Shown here piece by piece: positions 20,342 to 29,364 of a stretch of 55,588 bases of DNA (positions are counted from its first letter, which is position 1; each line of letters starts with the position of its first letter). The DNA lies in contig CANGYO010000003.1 of assembly GCA_947458095.1 (NCBI GenBank), positions 1 to 55,588 on the forward strand, given 5' to 3'. The notes below the pieces were generated by a model. It was not told the origin of the DNA, ran no database searches, and saw nothing but the letters and a program-made list of their open reading frames with translations. The stretch is from Vampirovibrionales bacterium (GTDB taxonomy: Bacteria; Cyanobacteriota; Vampirovibrionia; Vampirovibrionales; JAJTHC01). Both the position numbers and the translations under genes were made by a program.

Positions 20342-22438
20342 CTAAGCTTCTACAGAATGCCCTTTAAACTTGGTCGCTAAGGCTTCTGCTAAGCTCGTAG
20401 GCATGGGTTCGTAGTTGGCAAACTCCATGCTGAAGGTACCGCGTCCTTGCGTTTTTGAGCGTAAATCCGTGGCATAACCAAACATTTCACCCAAAGGCAC
20501 CGTCGCACGAATAACCGTACTGCCTGTTCCTGCAATGGAATCCATACCTTCCATGCGTCCACGACGGCTGGAAAGATCACCGATGACATCACCCATGAAG
20601 TCATCAGGCACTTCAACTTCCACTTTCATGGTGGGTTCAAGCAATTGAGGACCCGCTTTAGGCACACCCGCTTTCAACGCCATGGAACCAGCAATTTTAA
20701 ACGCCATTTCGCTAGAGTCCACATCGTGGTAGCTACCATCGTAGATCGTCGCTTGAACGTCGATCATTTCAAACCCAGCGATGACGCCTCCCTTAAGGGC
20801 TTCTTCAACCCCTTTGGAAACAGGCCCGATAAACTCTTTCGGTACCACACCACCGACAATTTTGTTGACGAAGACATAACCCGTGCCACGCTCAAGCGGT
20901 TCTAAACGCAACCAAACATGACCGAATTGACCACGTCCACCTGACTGGCGAACAAACTTGCCTTCGACTTCCACCATTTTGGTAATGGTTTCACGGTACG
21001 CCACCTGAGGCTTACCAACGCTAGCGTTGACTTTGAATTCACGCAATAAACGATCAACGATAATTTCAAGGTGAAGTTCACCCATCCCTGCAATAACGGT
21101 TTGAGAGGATTCTTCATCCACACGCACACGGAAGGTGGGATCTTCTTCCGCCAATTTAATCAAGCTCATGGAAAGTTTGTCTTGATCCGCTTTGGAGTTT
21201 GGCTCAATGGCGACTTCAATCACAGGTTCTGGAATGAAAATCGATTCCAAAATAACTTCTTTGCCTTCAGCCGTAAGCGTATCCCCTGTGGTGGTATTTT
21301 TGAAGCCCACACAAGCGAAAATATCGCCAGCACGCACTTCGTCAATTTCAACACGAGCATCGGCGTGCATTTGCACGATACGACTCACACGCTCTTTTTT
21401 GCCCTTGGTGGCATTCATCACATAACTTCCGCCACTCATTACACCACTATAAGCACGACAGAAGGTCAAACGACCCACAAAAGGATCCGTCATAATTTTA
21501 AAGGCAAGGGCAGAAAATGGCTCATCATCACGAGAATGACGTACGATTTTCGTTTCGTGATCCATTGCCACCCCTTCAATCGGAGGAACATCATTCGGTG
21601 CTGGCAAGTAATCAATAACCGCATCCAACAACGGCTGAACGCCTTTGTTTTTAAAAGCGGTTCCGCATAAAACAGGGACGATTTTTACATCAATAACAGC
21701 TTGACGCAAGGCTTTTTTAAGTTCGGCGACGCTGATTTCTTCACCACCCAAGTAGCGATCCATCAACGCATCGTCATGCTCAACAACCGCTTCCATCAGC
21801 ACTTCACGAGCAATGGTGGCATCATCTAGCATATCAGCAGGGATGGCTTCAATGCGAATGTCTTTACCAATGTCGTCATAGAAACGAATGGCGTTAAACT
21901 CAACCAAATCAACCATGCCTAAGAAGTTTTCTTCAGCACCAATCGGCAATTGAATAGGCACCGCGTTGGCTTTTAAACGATCCCGCATTTGAGCGACGAC
22001 TCGTGTGAAGTTGGCTCCCGTCCGATCCATTTTGTTAACAAATGCCATACGAGGCACTTTGTAGCGATCGGCTTGACGCCACACGGTTTCAGACTGAGGC
22101 TGAACCCCACCCACTGAACAGAACACCGCACAAACGCCGTCTAAAACACGCAAGGAACGTTCCACTTCAATGGTGAAATCCACGTGACCAGGGGTGTCGA
22201 TAATGTTAATTTGACAATCTTTCCAAGACGTTGTAATCGCAGCGGATGTAATGGTGATACCACGCTCACGTTCTTGTTCCATCCAGTCGGTAACGGCGTT
22301 ACCGTCATGGACTTCACCAATTTTGTGTACTTTGCCTGAATAGAACAAAATACGTTCTGTTGTGGTGGTTTTACCAGCATCAATGTGAGCAGCAATACCA
22401 ATGTTACGGATTTTTTCAAGGGGGGTTTTACGAGCCAC
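20342..22438 (-). CDS. fusA: Elongation factor G
   Basis: [28 protein letters not shown]. About 698 aa from the GTG at 22438 ([12 protein letters not shown]), which has a gagga SD. No rpsL, rpsG or tuf gene is adjacent. Confidence 0.95.
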   Translation of the reverse strand: MARKTPLEKIRNIGIAAHIDAGKTTTTERILFYSGKVHKIGEVHDGNAVTDWMEQERERGITITSAAITTSWKDCQINIIDTPGHVDFTIEVERSLRVLDGVCAVFCSVGGVQPQSETVWRQADRYKVPRMAFVNKMDRTGANFTRVVAQMRDRLKANAVPIQLPIGAEENFLGMVDLVEFNAIRFYDDIGKDIRIEAIPADMLDDATIAREVLMEAVVEHDDALMDRYLGGEEISVAELKKALRQAVIDVKIVPVLCGTAFKNKGVQPLLDAVIDYLPAPNDVPPIEGVAMDHETKIVRHSRDDEPFSALAFKIMTDPFVGRLTFCRAYSGVMSGGSYVMNATKGKKERVSRIVQMHADARVEIDEVRAGDIFACVGFKNTTTGDTLTAEGKEVILESIFIPEPVIEVAIEPNSKADQDKLSMSLIKLAEEDPTFRVRVDEESSQTVIAGMGELHLEIIVDRLLREFKVNASVGKPQVAYRETITKMVEVEGKFVRQSGGRGQFGHVWLRLEPLERGTGYVFVNKIVGGVVPKEFIGPVSKGVEEALKGGVIAGFEMIDVQATIYDGSYHDVDSSEMAFKIAGSMALKAGVPKAGPQLLEPTMKVEVEVPDDFMGDVIGDLSSRRGRMEGMDSIAGTGSTVIRATVPLGEMFGYATDLRSKTQGRGTFSMEFANYEPMPTSLAEALATKFKGHSVEA

Positions 22439-22664
22439 GAGCGTGATTCCTCTGCAGTTTAGGGACAATGAAACATATGATAATTCTATTATACCCCAAA
22501 ATAAGTAAAGTCCAACGAAATTTGATAAATTAACTAAATAGCTGTTGCCATATCCTTAAGTTTATTAAGGTGCTTTTATAATGCGGTAGCTCTGAAAAGT
22601 CTAAGGCTGGATTTATCGGCTAAAAACAACGCTATTTAATCGTTTAGATGTTATAAGAAGGGGC

Positions 22665-23096
22665 TTATGGAAAAGCAATGCCTCGTAGTTTTTCTAGGTT
22701 TTGTTCTTGTTTGAGCCAATCCGCTAAATCGGCAGGAATGTAAATGCGTATACGATCGCCCTTCGACTTACGCCCTGACCCTGTACGACGTCCGCCATGC
22801 TTTTTGGCAATATCCGTCTGTATCCCTGCTTCAATCAAAGGATTTAAAAACCCCTCGTGGCGAGCCTGTAACATATTCGTAATACAGACCCAATAATTAA
22901 ACAACGCACTTTCAACCGTGTCGCCGTCGGAATCTTCAGGGAACATGGGGTGAGCCACCACATACGCTTCAAACTCTTCATTCCATTCAGGAGAAAGCTC
23001 GTGATGAATCAGCGTCATGGCTTCTTTGACATAAGAAATGGTTTGCTTATCATACGATTGAGCTAATTTGTCTAAAATAAAGTCTTTAGTACTCAT
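22665..23096 (-). CDS. Putative antitoxin/regulator partner of the HicA-like gene (C-terminal RHH-like segment)
   Basis: ATG at 23096 (MSTKDFILDK), 37 nt after the HicA-like stop. The C-terminal RIRIYIPADLADWLKQE resembles a ribbon-helix-helix strand-helix. The N-terminal domain does not look like canonical HicB. Confidence 0.4.
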   Translation of the reverse strand: MSTKDFILDKLAQSYDKQTISYVKEAMTLIHHELSPEWNEEFEAYVVAHPMFPEDSDGDTVESALFNYWVCITNMLQARHEGFLNPLIEAGIQTDIAKKHGGRRTGSGRKSKGDRIRIYIPADLADWLKQEQNLEKLRGIAFP

Positions 23097-23133
23097 AAAA
23101 GATTCCTTTGGGTGATTGTTCTTTCTGAAAGGG

Positions 23134-23328
23134 TTATTCAAGCCCTTGTTCCTTGAGTTTGATTTTGGTTTTGTGAACGTCTCGTTTTGGTATTTCACCA
23201 CCGGGATGGGTAATTTTAATGGTACAGATTCTTGTGTTTGCACTGTCCACAAGCGTCCAATCAATACCTGATTTTTCTAGGATCCAACCATGTTTGCGAA
23301 TCCACTTTTCATAGTCTCTTCGCTTCAT
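23134..23328 (-). CDS. HicA-like (YcfA family) small protein
   Basis: From the ATG at 23328: MKRRDYEKWIRKHGWILEKSG...HPGGEIPKRDVHKTKIKLKEQGL, matching HicA ends. The usual GSHH catalytic block is replaced by GIDW. Confidence 0.55.
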   Translation of the reverse strand: MKRRDYEKWIRKHGWILEKSGIDWTLVDSANTRICTIKITHPGGEIPKRDVHKTKIKLKEQGLE

Positions 23329-23447
23329 GGGCGTTAGTCTCGTGCGGAAATACCTTATCAATTAAACGATGCTTTTAGTATACTTGATAATTGTCCTAAA
23401 AATCAAGACATATTGCAAAACTGATACATTAAAAAAAGGAGAAAGCC

Positions 23448-25805
23448 TTACTTATTCATGCGATAGCGAGAGCGTTTGACGGCGATGACATCGGGCAATT
23501 GCTTGATGTTGCGAATGAGTTTCTCCAACTCTTCCAAGTTCTTGACTTCAAGTCCTAGCTCGATATACACACTCTTTTCGCCCGTTAAGCGACGACAATT
23601 CGCCGAAAAAATGTTCACCTGCATATCCGACACTTTCGCCAGCACATCCTTAAAGACGCCCACTTGATCCATGACCTGCATTTCCAGCAAGACGTTGTGC
23701 AAGCTCTGCTGCATTTCAATGGCTCCTGTCCACGACAGGTTCATCACCCGTTGCGGATTGGCTTGAATGATGTTCATGCAATCGTCCCGATGAATCATCA
23801 CGCCCCGACTGCGAGTCACAATCCCCACAATCGCATCCCCTGGGACAGGCATACAACAGCGAGCAATGTGGTATTGCAAGCCTTTTAGGGCTTGCAGGGA
23901 TCCGCTAGCGTTTAGGGGATCGCTCGTGTGATCGACCTTTTGAAGCTTCGCCAGTTCTTCGGCAAAACGTTCAGTGGTGCTATTTTTGGCTTGCAAGGCT
24001 TCAGGGCTTTGCGAATTGGGTAAATCGACATAGCCGTGTTCTTTGAGATGCTCCGCTTGTTCCGCTTGAATCTGGGCATGATGATCCGACGTGGTTGAAA
24101 CGATCTTGCCCTTTTTGACTCGGTTGATAATGCGAGACAGCGTGATTTCACCATAACCCAAAGCCACGTACAAATCTTCAATATTCTTATAGTTCAGTTC
24201 GTTGGCGACTTCCAGCATTTTGCCCGATTTCACCAGCGTATCCACCTTTGCACGAGTGAGATCGGCTTCCAAGAGTTGGCGTCCTTGCGTTTCGTGTTGA
24301 TCCCGATAATGCTTTTTGTACCAGTGACGAATGCGGTTCTTGGCCTGTTGCGTCACCACAAAGTTCACCCAATCTAGGCGAGGCGTGGCTTTTTTATTGG
24401 TGATAATTTCAATAATATCGCCGTTTTGAAGTTCCGTGTCCAACGGCACCATTTTTTCATTGACGATCGCGCCTGCACATCGATTGCCCACTTCGCTGTG
24501 AATGCGAAAGGCGAAATCCACAGGCGTGCATCCACGAGGCAAGCTAATGACCGTGCCTTTGGGCGTAAACACAAACACTTGATCAGGGAAAAGATCGAGC
24601 TTCACATTTTCGACAAACTCAAGAGCGGTATTGGCATTGGCTTGCATTTCCACCAACTGCTTCAACCAACCGAGCTTTTCATCTTCTTTAGAACTTTGAT
24701 AGGCGGTAGCCTCATCGCCAAAACGCTTATAGTGAAAGTGGGCTGCGATACCAAATTCCGCCACCTTGTGCATTTTTTCCGTGCGAATCTGCACTTCCAC
24801 AGGGCGTTTATTCGGCCCGATAATCGTGGTGTGCAAAGACTGATAGAAATTGCTTTTCGGCATGGCAATGTAATCTTTAAAACGCCCCGCCACTGGCGTA
24901 TATTGATGATGAATAATCCCCAAGACTTCATAGCACTGGGCTTCCGTCTGCACAATGACTCGCAAGGCGGAAATGTCAAAAATATCGTTGAGTTCTTTTT
25001 TTTGTGAACTCATTTTCTTATAAATACTGTAATAATTCTTCAAACGACTGTAGATTTTTGAATGGATATTATGTTGCAAAAGTCCCTTTTCAAGGTGTTC
25101 GGTCATTTGTTGGATGACACGCTCTCGTTCTTCTTGCGAATCGGCGAGTTGCCCTTTGATTTCGTGAAACTGTTCAGGATCCAAAAAGCTCAACGACAAA
25201 TCTTCAAGCTCCGCCTTGAAGTTCCCCATCCCGATGCGATTAGCCAGCGGTGCAAAAACTTCCAGCGTTTCCGTAGCGATTTTTTCTTGCTTATGAGGCA
25301 ACATATGCTCAAGCGTCCGCATATTGTGGAGCCTGTCCGCCAATTTCAGGGTCAGCACTCGAATATCTTCCGCCATGGCAAGGAACATATTGCGGAAGTT
25401 TTCCGCCTGCTCTTCTTCCTTGCTACTAAACTGATACTTGTATTTCCCCAGTTTCGTCACGCCCTGCACGATTCGGGTGACTTCAGCCCCGAACTGCTTT
25501 TCCATGTCTTCGGCGGTGGCGGTGGTGTCTTCTAGCACATCGTGCATGAGTGCGGCTTGAAGGGTTGGCACATCCACCCACATATCAGCGAGGATGAGAG
25601 CCACGCTCACGGGGTGCATGATGTAATTGTCGCCGTTTTTGCGTTTTTGCCCTTCGTGGTAGTGGCGAGCGTAGTCGAAGGTGCGTTGCACCAATGCCAA
25701 GTCATCAGGCTTGGCACCATGCTGAGCCAATTTCGCCAACAAGGCATCCATGAGGACATCTTCAATGAGCCGTCCTTCTTGTGGGGGTGTGTTAGACGCA
25801 GTCAT
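23448..25805 (-). CDS. Bifunctional (p)ppGpp synthetase/hydrolase RelA/SpoT family
   Basis: 785 aa. HD hydrolase motif HPVSVALIL...LMHDVLEDT, a synthetase core (YQSLHTTI, EVQIRT), a TGS region (VFTPKG...LPRG.TPVDFA) and a C-terminal ACT-like domain. Confidence 0.95.
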   Translation of the reverse strand: MTASNTPPQEGRLIEDVLMDALLAKLAQHGAKPDDLALVQRTFDYARHYHEGQKRKNGDNYIMHPVSVALILADMWVDVPTLQAALMHDVLEDTTATAEDMEKQFGAEVTRIVQGVTKLGKYKYQFSSKEEEQAENFRNMFLAMAEDIRVLTLKLADRLHNMRTLEHMLPHKQEKIATETLEVFAPLANRIGMGNFKAELEDLSLSFLDPEQFHEIKGQLADSQEERERVIQQMTEHLEKGLLQHNIHSKIYSRLKNYYSIYKKMSSQKKELNDIFDISALRVIVQTEAQCYEVLGIIHHQYTPVAGRFKDYIAMPKSNFYQSLHTTIIGPNKRPVEVQIRTEKMHKVAEFGIAAHFHYKRFGDEATAYQSSKEDEKLGWLKQLVEMQANANTALEFVENVKLDLFPDQVFVFTPKGTVISLPRGCTPVDFAFRIHSEVGNRCAGAIVNEKMVPLDTELQNGDIIEIITNKKATPRLDWVNFVVTQQAKNRIRHWYKKHYRDQHETQGRQLLEADLTRAKVDTLVKSGKMLEVANELNYKNIEDLYVALGYGEITLSRIINRVKKGKIVSTTSDHHAQIQAEQAEHLKEHGYVDLPNSQSPEALQAKNSTTERFAEELAKLQKVDHTSDPLNASGSLQALKGLQYHIARCCMPVPGDAIVGIVTRSRGVMIHRDDCMNIIQANPQRVMNLSWTGAIEMQQSLHNVLLEMQVMDQVGVFKDVLAKVSDMQVNIFSANCRRLTGEKSVYIELGLEVKNLEELEKLIRNIKQLPDVIAVKRSRYRMNK

Positions 25806-25871
25806 ACGCAGGGGCTTTCATCACAAAGGAGTGGCACAATCTATAGAAAGCTATGCGAAACTGTCTTTACT

Positions 25872-25892
25872 CCCTCCCCTTTAAGGGGAGGG
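25872..25892. repeat. G/C-rich hairpin (ccctcccct-tta-aggggaggg)
   Basis: A perfect 9-bp stem. A related hairpin lies at 54700-54725, and a second type (cctctcct/aggagagg) at 25949-25966. Confidence 0.6.
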
Positions 25893-26160
25893 TTGGGGTG
25901 GGGAGTAGGTGTCAACAAGGGTTTTGGACATCCCCCCCTCTCCCTAGCCCTCTCCTCAAGGAGAGGTAACAGGACACTTATAGAGCTTTCTATTGTACCA
26001 CTCCTAGTATAGCGTATTTTTTGCTTTTTGTGGGGATTACGATTTCCCCTTGAAGAAAGCACAGGTTTACGCTAGACCAACGCTATAACTCAAACAAAAC
26101 ACGTCATTGCGGGTTTCTGTATTTCAGAAGGCGAAAACGGCGAAATGAAATTCGGCGTCC

Positions 26161-26490
26161 CTAAACGCCTAAACCCCATGATGGCAAGGACGACAACGCA
26201 TTTTTCAAACTACGGTAAAAATTTTCATGTGGTCCAATCAACACCACATAAATCACACGAGCTTCTTCATTCAACTGATACCCAATTCGCCATTCTAAGC
26301 CTTTGTACCGCACATGATGCGACCTTAACATCGTCAAAGGCTGCTTGAGCCGTTCCCCCAAGCCTGTGGGATTCGTCGCCAACAGTTCCAACGCCTGCTT
26401 CAACAACAAACGCAAGGGCTTGTCGAGCTTCTTTTGAGCTTTCACGGCGGAACTGCTGAATAATACGTCGTAAACAAGCAATGAACTCAT
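26161..26490 (-). CDS. RelE/ParE-family type II toxin
   Basis: 109 aa. YDVLFSSSAVKAQKKLDKP...LATNP...GERLKQPL...RSHHVRYKGLEWRIGYQLNEEARVIYVVLIGPHENFY fits the RelE/StbE/ParE pattern. It starts 6 nt after the upstream small ORF. Confidence 0.75.
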   Translation of the reverse strand: MSSLLVYDVLFSSSAVKAQKKLDKPLRLLLKQALELLATNPTGLGERLKQPLTMLRSHHVRYKGLEWRIGYQLNEEARVIYVVLIGPHENFYRSLKNALSSLPSWGLGV

Positions 26491-26496
26491 CGTGCT

Positions 26497-26721
26497 TTAA
26501 TCCATCAAGTCCGCAAAGACATCTGCCGAACGTACGACATCGCCTTGCTTGACTTCTTTCAAACTTTGCATCACCAGTTCAAATTGATCGTCTGACAATA
26601 GAATCGACATGGTTTCTTGTGTGGGGGCATCCCACCTCGGCAGGGCTTGATGCAAAATATGGGCAAACCACTGCGGAATAGATTGAGAAGACGTGTGGTT
26701 CATAAAACGGCTGAAAAACAT
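26497..26721 (-). CDS. Putative cognate antitoxin
   Basis: 74 aa and acidic at the C-terminus, located immediately upstream of the toxin on the same strand. Family not recognised. An alternative ATG lies at 26703. Confidence 0.5.
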   Translation of the reverse strand: MFFSRFMNHTSSQSIPQWFAHILHQALPRWDAPTQETMSILLSDDQFELVMQSLKEVKQGDVVRSADVFADLMD

Positions 26722-26930
26722 GAGGGGTGTCCTTTATCGGTGAAGAGATCTACAAGCATTAAAACAAAAGACTTTCCACTTTGTGCTTTTCTCGGTATGA
26801 TAGAATCTGTGATATACATCAAGCATAGGATTAACACACCCGATTGCAACATGAAATCCGTAGAATGTGTATGATAAAAGCTATCGTACCGTTCATTTAG
26901 ATTTATATTGCTAAAAAGGGTCGCCGCATT

Positions 26931-28598
26931 ATGACGAGTCACACAATTCAAGACACATTTGCCAAATATGATATTCACCCACAACAATTGCGAGACTGGG
27001 AAGATGCCCTTGGCATGAATATTCCTACCGATGCACAAGGCAATAAGTTGTACACCCGTCAACATTTAAACCTCTTTAAAAATATCAAGAAGCATATCGC
27101 CTTAGGGCGTAGCTTGGCTCACATCAAGCAGATTATCACCTTGCCGCCTGCTCAAGCCAGCCAGCCAGTAGAACGCAATGTCAAACAAGCGTGGGGGCAT
27201 GCCCCCAGTCTTCAAAAAAAACAACCCCTTCAGCCACAAGAGATCCCGCTGAGTGTGACGAATCCCTTGCCCCATCAAGCGGAATCGTTAGCCGTTCCGT
27301 TAAGCTTAGAAAGTGAAGCCTTACTCGAAAGCTTTAAAGAAAGTGCGGAAGCGGTGGTGCATCCTGTTGAAGCGACACCTATTCTGGAAACAGAGGCGTC
27401 TATTGACCCCTTAATGAACCTTGATTTAGAAGCCAGCCTTCAAGCAGATTTAACAGCGGATGTACCGCAGGATGTTACGGACATCATCACTGAACCGATT
27501 GAAACGACGCCTGATACAGACCCTGCTGATTCTGAAAGCATCGTCGAAACGCAGGTCTCTGTCCAACACTTAGAACCCGTTTTGGAAGACAGTATTACGA
27601 TTGAAATCACGCCCAATGAAGAACCTGTGCTGCCTGTGGAAGAAGCTCCAAGTCGCCATGCGTCGCAGCAAAACAATACGGTGATTCATGCGTCGCTTGC
27701 AGATGCCATAGAAGCGTCTGATGCCCCTAAGTCCGAATGGGCGTTTACCCCTGCGATTATGTCACCTCACGCTTTGATAGAATCCCTTAAGGCTCAACCT
27801 ACCCTTGAAACGGTGGAAACGCCTGAAGCCTTAAAAAGCAATAGTATTGTAGAAAAGCATTCCACCGAAGCCAGCCCAACGCAGTATTTGTCGGCTCCTT
27901 TAGCGGTTGTTCATGAAAAGCAAGAACATTCCCTGCAAATTGTGGATCGCTTGCTTACGGAAAAAGACGCCCTTCAAACCCGCTTGATTGAAGCGGAAAA
28001 GTTGAATTCACACCTTTATAATGTGAATAACTTGTTTAATAAAAAAGTAAAAGAACTCACCACGCTCATCAAAAAAATGAAGCATACTTATAATGAAAAT
28101 GACTTAATGAAGCTCATGGACGACAAAGCCAAGTTACAACGTCAGTTATTGGATGTGGAAAAAGACAAGCTCGATGCCCAGCGTCACGCCGAAAAATCGA
28201 AAGATGCTGAAAAATACGCCCAAGCTGCTCAAAAGTACTTGGCGGATGAGTTGAAATCGCAACGTCAAGGCTTTGCAGGGCAACGCTTCTTAGGCAATTG
28301 GCGTGAATCGCTCAAATTGCGTGAAATTCAGTACGACACCTTTGGTTTAAATGTGGAAGAAGAACGCCGTCAATATCGCTTGATTGATGCCGTTCCCACT
28401 CGCATTGTGGGCAATGTGGCGTTTGTGACGACTCGTTACGCTTACCCCGACAACACCTTGTGGCAGCGTTTAGAAACTTTGACGATCGTGTACATGGAAG
28501 AAAACAAAGCCCAAGGCGAATTGCAGGTGGACTACATTTTAGACGGCATCCCTGTGTGTCGAGCCATTTACACCGCCACCCTTGAACGCATTAGCTAG
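26931..28598 (+). CDS. MerR-like HTH N-terminal domain protein with long acidic low-complexity region, coiled coil and C-terminal globular domain
   Basis: The N-terminal FAKYDIHPQQLRDWEDALGMNIP.DAQGNKLYTRQHLNLFKNIKKHIALGRSLAHIK matches the MerR HTH pattern. An approximately 250-aa Glu/Pro/Thr-rich stretch follows, then K/E-rich heptad-like sequence. Confidence 0.5.
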   Translation: MTSHTIQDTFAKYDIHPQQLRDWEDALGMNIPTDAQGNKLYTRQHLNLFKNIKKHIALGRSLAHIKQIITLPPAQASQPVERNVKQAWGHAPSLQKKQPLQPQEIPLSVTNPLPHQAESLAVPLSLESEALLESFKESAEAVVHPVEATPILETEASIDPLMNLDLEASLQADLTADVPQDVTDIITEPIETTPDTDPADSESIVETQVSVQHLEPVLEDSITIEITPNEEPVLPVEEAPSRHASQQNNTVIHASLADAIEASDAPKSEWAFTPAIMSPHALIESLKAQPTLETVETPEALKSNSIVEKHSTEASPTQYLSAPLAVVHEKQEHSLQIVDRLLTEKDALQTRLIEAEKLNSHLYNVNNLFNKKVKELTTLIKKMKHTYNENDLMKLMDDKAKLQRQLLDVEKDKLDAQRHAEKSKDAEKYAQAAQKYLADELKSQRQGFAGQRFLGNWRESLKLREIQYDTFGLNVEEERRQYRLIDAVPTRIVGNVAFVTTRYAYPDNTLWQRLETLTIVYMEENKAQGELQVDYILDGIPVCRAIYTATLERIS

Positions 28599-28605
28599 TG
28601 GACGC

Positions 28606-29364
28606 TTAAATCAGGGCGGTTTCTTGTAAAAAACAAATCGTTGAAACAATCGTTTGAAACGTGACGATATCCACAACGGCGAAGGCTTCAGCATAATCGA
28701 TGTTTTTCAACAAACCACGATACGCATTTAAGCCTAGCATCTTATCCGCATAAGACTTGCTTGTCACCTGTGACGCATGGGCATTGATCATGGCACGCTT
28801 GGTTTCAGCGACACTTGAAATATCCACAAACGCATTGGGCAAGGCAAGGGCATTCCATACTTCATAAAAAGCAATTTGAACCGTGGGCTTTAAGCGTGAC
28901 GGAAAGTCCTTGATGTATCGAGACAAATGCCCTGCCAACGCCTTGTGATCGGGGTGTTGATCCAACAGGTTTGGCAGAAAAATGATGTCGGCGTCTGAAA
29001 AATTGAGGCTTTTAAAAACGTCATAGTGGTTTAGGACGTCTTTGTCTTTTAGTCTTAAACATTTAAATGCTTCAACCCCAGCAAGACTTAAGGCATTTTC
29101 GAGTTCTTTTTCTCGGATGTGACCACGTCCATTTTCTTCGAAGCACTCTGCCGCTTTTTCCCCTGAACTCACACTAATTACCTGAAAGTTTTGAGGGTAT
29201 AGTGCCAAGCTTCCGCCCATGCCAATGCTTTCATCATCAGGGTGAGGGGCGAGTACGATCCCTTTTTTATTGGCTAAATCAAGCTTCAACGGCTTTAAAT
29301 TAAGCTTGAAGTATAAATGAAAAACTTGGATGAGGACTTCTTTAAAAAGCCAGGACTTTAACAT
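28606..29364 (-). CDS. PIG-L/LmbE family N-acetylglucosaminyl deacetylase
   Basis: VLAPHPDDESIGMGGSLA and QHPDHKA metal-binding motifs. The ATG at 29364 overlaps the GT4 stop by 7 nt. Confidence 0.8.
   Translation of the reverse strand: MLKSWLFKEVLIQVFHLYFKLNLKPLKLDLANKKGIVLAPHPDDESIGMGGSLALYPQNFQVISVSSGEKAAECFEENGRGHIREKELENALSLAGVEAFKCLRLKDKDVLNHYDVFKSLNFSDADIIFLPNLLDQHPDHKALAGHLSRYIKDFPSRLKPTVQIAFYEVWNALALPNAFVDISSVAETKRAMINAHASQVTSKSYADKMLGLNAYRGLLKNIDYAEAFAVVDIVTFQTIVSTICFLQETALI

Noticed and set aside
21071-21670. 199-aa plus-strand ORF, and similar long antisense ORFs (24426-25007, 25062-25535, 5400-5870, 18314-18658, 40072-40512)
   Set aside because: Each is embedded antisense in a strongly supported conserved gene (fusA, relA/spoT, the O-antigen ligase-like gene, hom, fliO/DegT). 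Their compositions are His/Arg/Phe-rich, typical of antisense frames.
25542-26062. ORFs 25542-26012 (+) and 25841-26062 (-) encoding PLKGEG / GGLGWG-type peptides
   Set aside because: They span the relA 5' end in antisense plus the G/C-rich hairpin repeats. The peptide motifs are translation artefacts of those repeats.
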